This document shows, piece after piece, positions 17,225 through 20,000 of a DNA stretch of 20,000 bases. Numbering within the stretch: position 1 is the stretch's first letter; each line of letters starts with the position of its first letter. A program made the translations under genes and the position numbers. The DNA is from an uncultured virus (IMG/VR IMGVR_UViG_3300042544_003275) (lineage: Duplodnaviria; Heunggongvirae; Uroviricota; Caudoviricetes). The stretch is from IMG/VR virus record IMGVR_UViG_3300042544_003275. One strand, written 5' to 3'. The notes below the pieces were generated by a model. That model was not told the origin of the DNA. It made no database searches and saw only the letters and a list, made by a program, of their open reading frames with translations.

Positions 17225-17252
17225 AAAAGAAACCTTTCTTTATGAAAGGTTT
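17221..17252 (-). terminator. Rho-independent terminator overlapping the stop of the 133-aa gene
   Basis: Minus strand AAACCTTTC-ATAAA-GAAAGGTTT-C-TTTTTTTT: a perfect 9-bp stem (17230-17238/17244-17252) followed by an 8-U tract. Confidence 0.75.
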
Positions 17253-17641
17253 TCTCTTAATAATCGTTCTTTTACAGAATCTATTATATCTTCTTCACTT
17301 ATGTTATAGTGTTTCTCTTTTATATTTCTCCACAGTTCTTGTTCTTCAATTGCTAATTTTTCAATTTCTAAGTTAAGTGGTTCGACCATATCTTCAAGTC
17401 GTTTTGCTTCTTCTTCTACTTCTTTAAGAATTTTTGCTAATTCATTAACAGCGCCTTCTACTGAATATTTAGGATTTTCTGAATTTGACGATTCTGAAAT
17501 CTCGTCTATTCTTTTTATAATATCACCTAAATTATCTGAAACAACTTTAGCTTTTCTCTTATAAAAGTCCATATTGTTTACAGATTTAAGATATTGTCTT
17601 CTAATTTTGATTGCTGATTGATAAAAAATCTCGTCTATCAT
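17240..17641 (-). CDS. Hypothetical coiled-coil protein
   Basis: 133 aa, rich in E/K/L with helical heptad character. ATGA-coupled to the upstream 330-aa gene. Confidence 0.75.
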   Translation of the reverse strand: MIDEIFYQSAIKIRRQYLKSVNNMDFYKRKAKVVSDNLGDIIKRIDEISESSNSENPKYSVEGAVNELAKILKEVEEEAKRLEDMVEPLNLEIEKLAIEEQELWRNIKEKHYNISEEDIIDSVKERLLRENLS

Positions 17642-18630
17642 TTCTCAGTTGTTTCTTTTTTAGCTCTAGGTTTTCTAGTAGTTTTTGGTTTAGTTGGTAA
17701 TTCACCTTCTTTCAATATTCTAGCAGTTGGTGGTGGAGGTGGGTTTCTATGACCCGGCATATGTGTTGGTGAATTTACTTGAGTAACTGAATCCGTTATT
17801 TGATCATTTACTTTTGGTTTAACCTCAACCCCATATACTAATTGTTTAATTCTTTCTTTAATTGAATCTCTAATTATATCTGGGTTAGATAAAATATTAT
17901 TTGTAAATTCATTTGCTAAAAATTCAATAATACTTGTTTCATATGAGTCTTCCATCATTTCAATAAAGTCAAGTCTTGGTATCTTATTTGATAACTCAAC
18001 ATTAAACTTAAAATCAACAGATTTCTTAACATTCTTAAACATCGTAATGATTGGATCTTCTACCTGAGCAACCGGTTGTTGAATAACTGGTTGAACCGGT
18101 TGAGGGTCTCTATTAACTTCAATTCTTTGTACTGGTTCATCATTTGGAATAAGATCAGGTAATCTTTTTATTACTGGTAATTCATCATCTGCATCTTCAC
18201 CTAATAATCTAGAAAATGCTTCATTTTGTCTTGAGACAGCATCTACTGGGTTTGGATTAACACCATACTTTCTTGCCAATTCTGCTTTTTCATCTTCTTC
18301 AGACATCATTATTATTGCACTTTCATTCATAGCTGGTTGAACACCATCTATACTAATTTTAGATGAAATATCTAAACCAGAAGTACCTGGTTCATCTTTA
18401 ATAAAGTCTGTAGGTATATTTTTAATCTTATCAGCTAAGATATTATAAGATCCTTGATTATTGAAAAAGTTAAGAGGATTTATTTCCTCAGTGTACAATT
18501 CAGGATTTGATAAAAAGTCAGTACTTACTTTTGATTTGTTCTCAAGTATTGCTATGTTTTCAAAGCTATCAATAACTTTTAAAACCTCACCAGTTTTATT
18601 ATCTCTAAAAGTTCTATTTGCAAAACTCAT
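17638..18630 (-). CDS. Hypothetical protein (acidic, with a Q/P-rich linker and a Pro/Lys-rich C-terminal tail)
   Basis: 330-aa ORF with an A/T-rich leader, QPVQPVIQQPV, PPPPT and KPKTTRKPRAKK. No family recognised. Confidence 0.75.
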   Translation of the reverse strand: MSFANRTFRDNKTGEVLKVIDSFENIAILENKSKVSTDFLSNPELYTEEINPLNFFNNQGSYNILADKIKNIPTDFIKDEPGTSGLDISSKISIDGVQPAMNESAIIMMSEEDEKAELARKYGVNPNPVDAVSRQNEAFSRLLGEDADDELPVIKRLPDLIPNDEPVQRIEVNRDPQPVQPVIQQPVAQVEDPIITMFKNVKKSVDFKFNVELSNKIPRLDFIEMMEDSYETSIIEFLANEFTNNILSNPDIIRDSIKERIKQLVYGVEVKPKVNDQITDSVTQVNSPTHMPGHRNPPPPPTARILKEGELPTKPKTTRKPRAKKETTEK

Positions 18631-18713
18631 TATTAAATATTAATTTTTTTAGCCAGAATAGGCTTTATTATCTTATATAGTAAGATTTTGATTTGTTGGT
18701 TAAAAGTCAAAAA

Positions 18714-19385
18714 TTAATAGAAATCTATTTTATCTCTTTTTACATTTCTATTAATATATGAATTCAATGGTTGTAGATTTGTATAGTGATTTAATCTTAT
18801 TACATCTTCCTCTGTTATTGCGGTTGCTAATGGAATTTTATGGTCTATATCCCAATTAGTACCGTAATTCTCCCAAGACATATCATCAATAAATCTTTCC
18901 TCTATATAAACTTTAAAAAAATCTATAGAACATCCCAAAATATCTATAGAACGTTTATTTTTAGATAAACCCTTACATTTAAGTGAGTTTCTTATTGTTC
19001 TGTTTATAGAATATTTTAACATAAATATAGGGTCTTCCTTTCGTCTTTTATTTTGGTAGTTATTTTTATACTCTCTAATCTTTTCTTTATTATTTTGAGC
19101 ATATTCTGATTTATACTTGGCAACCTTTTCTTTATTATTTTGAGAATATTCCTTTTGATATTCTAATTTCTTATCTTTATTATTTTCATAATGAGATGAA
19201 ACTCTTTCTAAAATAATATCTTTATTCTCAAGGTAGTATTTTTTACTTTTTTCCTTTAATATTTTTTTGTTTTTTAACTGATATGACTTTTTATATTCCT
19301 TCATACAATCTTTGCAAAGATTTCTAGCCTTAACAAAAAAATCTATACTCTTTTTAACTTTACATTCTGTACATGTTTTTTCCAT
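18714..19385 (-). CDS. Free-standing HNH-type (putative homing) endonuclease with an N-terminal Zn finger and 15-aa helical repeats
   Basis: CTEC...CKDC, YxxxNKE-like repeats with period 15, ILGCS, MSWENYG..WDIDHKIPLA, LNHYTNLQPL...N..K. Confidence 0.8.
   Translation of the reverse strand: MEKTCTECKVKKSIDFFVKARNLCKDCMKEYKKSYQLKNKKILKEKSKKYYLENKDIILERVSSHYENNKDKKLEYQKEYSQNNKEKVAKYKSEYAQNNKEKIREYKNNYQNKRRKEDPIFMLKYSINRTIRNSLKCKGLSKNKRSIDILGCSIDFFKVYIEERFIDDMSWENYGTNWDIDHKIPLATAITEEDVIRLNHYTNLQPLNSYINRNVKRDKIDFY
19068..19292 (-). repeat. Five degenerate 45-bp/15-aa coding repeats in the HNH gene
   Basis: Asn at residues 39, 54, 69, 84 and 99, and Tyr/His at 35, 50, 65, 80 and 95. An exact 20-bp copy, cttttctttattattttgag, occurs at 19080-19099 and 19125-19144. 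Confidence 0.8.
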
Positions 19386-19389
19386 ATAC

Positions 19390-19402
19390 TATATATATAA
19401 AA
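19390..19402 (-). promoter_or_regulatory. Putative phage late-type promoter motif TTTTATATATATA immediately upstream of the HNH start
   Basis: Minus strand GTTTTATATATATA-GTAT-ATG, directly after the terminator U-tract. Confidence 0.5.
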
Positions 19403-19403
19403 C

Positions 19404-19432
19404 AAAAAAAGTGTCTTTTAGGACACTTTTTT
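19404..19432 (-). terminator. Rho-independent (possibly bidirectional) terminator of the SSB gene
   Basis: + strand AAAAAAAGTGTC-TTTTAG-GACACTTTTTT: a GTGTC/GACAC stem flanked by A and T tracts, about 26 nt past the SSB stop. Confidence 0.7.
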
Positions 19433-19458
19433 CTTGGAATTATATAACTACTTGATTA

Positions 19459-20000
19459 TTAAAGATCGCTAAAGAAATCATCTTCTGTTTCAGAGGTTGT
19501 TGCTGAAGAAGTTGATGAGAAGTTGTCATCAAATTCAAAATCTTCAGAAGAAGGTTTTGCTTCAGCTTTAGCGTTTGTGAAAGAAGAAGAAGCTTTTCCA
19601 GTCAAGAAATTAGTAATTTCTGTGATTTTAGCTTGTTGCTCATCAGATAATTTCTTTGGAGAAAACTCTTCTAAATCGTGGTCACGATCTACTAAGAAAT
19701 CTCTGATTTTACCTTGAACTGAAGCTTCAATTTTACCTTCGTTAAGAGGTGCGTTTTTGAAAGCTTGTTTCTCTTTGAAGTAAATCGGAAGAGAAGTAGT
19801 CTCTGGTTTGAACATTGACATTTTGTAATCAGGGTAAGTTTCATCACCTGTTTGGATTTCTTTTACTACTAATACGAAATCTTTACCAGCTGCTAAGTCA
19901 AATACGTTACATCCTACTCCAGAGATTTCACCATTCTTTTCAGCCATGATTTTATCTTTAATAGTTTTACCGTATTGGAAGATTAAAATCTTACCAACTA
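19459..20000 (-). CDS. T4 gp32-like single-stranded DNA-binding protein, 5'-truncated by the window edge
   Basis: The frame stays open upstream of 19947: VGKILIFQYGKTIKDKIMAE...NVFDLAAGKDFVLVV...YPDYKMSMF matches the gp32 pattern GKxxxxxYGKKIxDKI...NPFDxxxGxNFxL...YxNYDxSxF. Acidic tail ...EDDFFSDL, and codons typical of highly expressed genes (TTC, TAC, ATC). Confidence 0.85.
   Translation of the reverse strand, partial: VGKILIFQYGKTIKDKIMAEKNGEISGVGCNVFDLAAGKDFVLVVKEIQTGDETYPDYKMSMFKPETTSLPIYFKEKQAFKNAPLNEGKIEASVQGKIRDFLVDRDHDLEEFSPKKLSDEQQAKITEITNFLTGKASSSFTNAKAEAKPSSEDFEFDDNFSSTSSATTSETEDDFFSDL

Noticed and set aside
18670..18710. Possible sigma70 promoter (minus-strand TTGACT) upstream of the 330-aa gene
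   Set aside because: No good -10 hexamer at 16-18 nt spacing.
6836..19385. Four ORFs of exactly 223 aa (6836, 7504, 11619, 18714)
   Set aside because: Unrelated sequences and families, so the equal length is treated as coincidence.
15817..19717. + strand ORFs 15817-16155, 18461-18643 and 19523-19717
   Set aside because: Antisense shadows of the minus-strand genes, with no motifs or initiation context.
1..20000. CRISPR array, tRNA/rRNA genes, IS elements or stop-codon reassignment
   Set aside because: Intergenic gaps are all under about 85 bp with no repeat-spacer or cloverleaf pattern, no transposase was seen, and genes read full length in the standard bacterial code.

Overview
Very AT-rich, gene-dense window that reads best as part of a large T4-related (jumbo-type) bacteriophage genome. 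The host is possibly Bacteroidota, inferred from the lack of Shine-Dalgarno motifs and the A-rich translation starts. The + strand (1-14513) is an uninterrupted, translationally coupled run of 18 glycan-related genes plus one small ORF. It contains GDP-fucose synthesis (fcl, gmd), a Helicobacter-type GT10 fucosyltransferase, about six further recognisable or putative glycosyltransferases (GT2-like, CgeB-like, GT32, a DUF3431 fusion, two unnamed DxD proteins), a WbpP/TviC-like C4-epimerase, a second epimerase-like protein, glf, a PIG-L deacetylase, WbqC, a GSCFA protein and three methyltransferases. No membrane, flippase or polymerase genes are visible. The run ends in a 75-aa ORF resembling the spine helix of a gp23-type major capsid protein. 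The - strand (14497-20000) carries a gp32-like SSB (partial), a free-standing HNH endonuclease, two hypotheticals, a 695-aa putative virion protein with a Ser/Thr/Pro linker, and a gp3/tail-tube-fold protein. Two terminators there are fused to a TATATATA promoter-like motif. The main candidate for an undescribed system is a phage-encoded, soluble pathway building a fucosylated, Galf-containing, methylated/acylated glycan. All calls come from motif recognition by eye; no database search was run.
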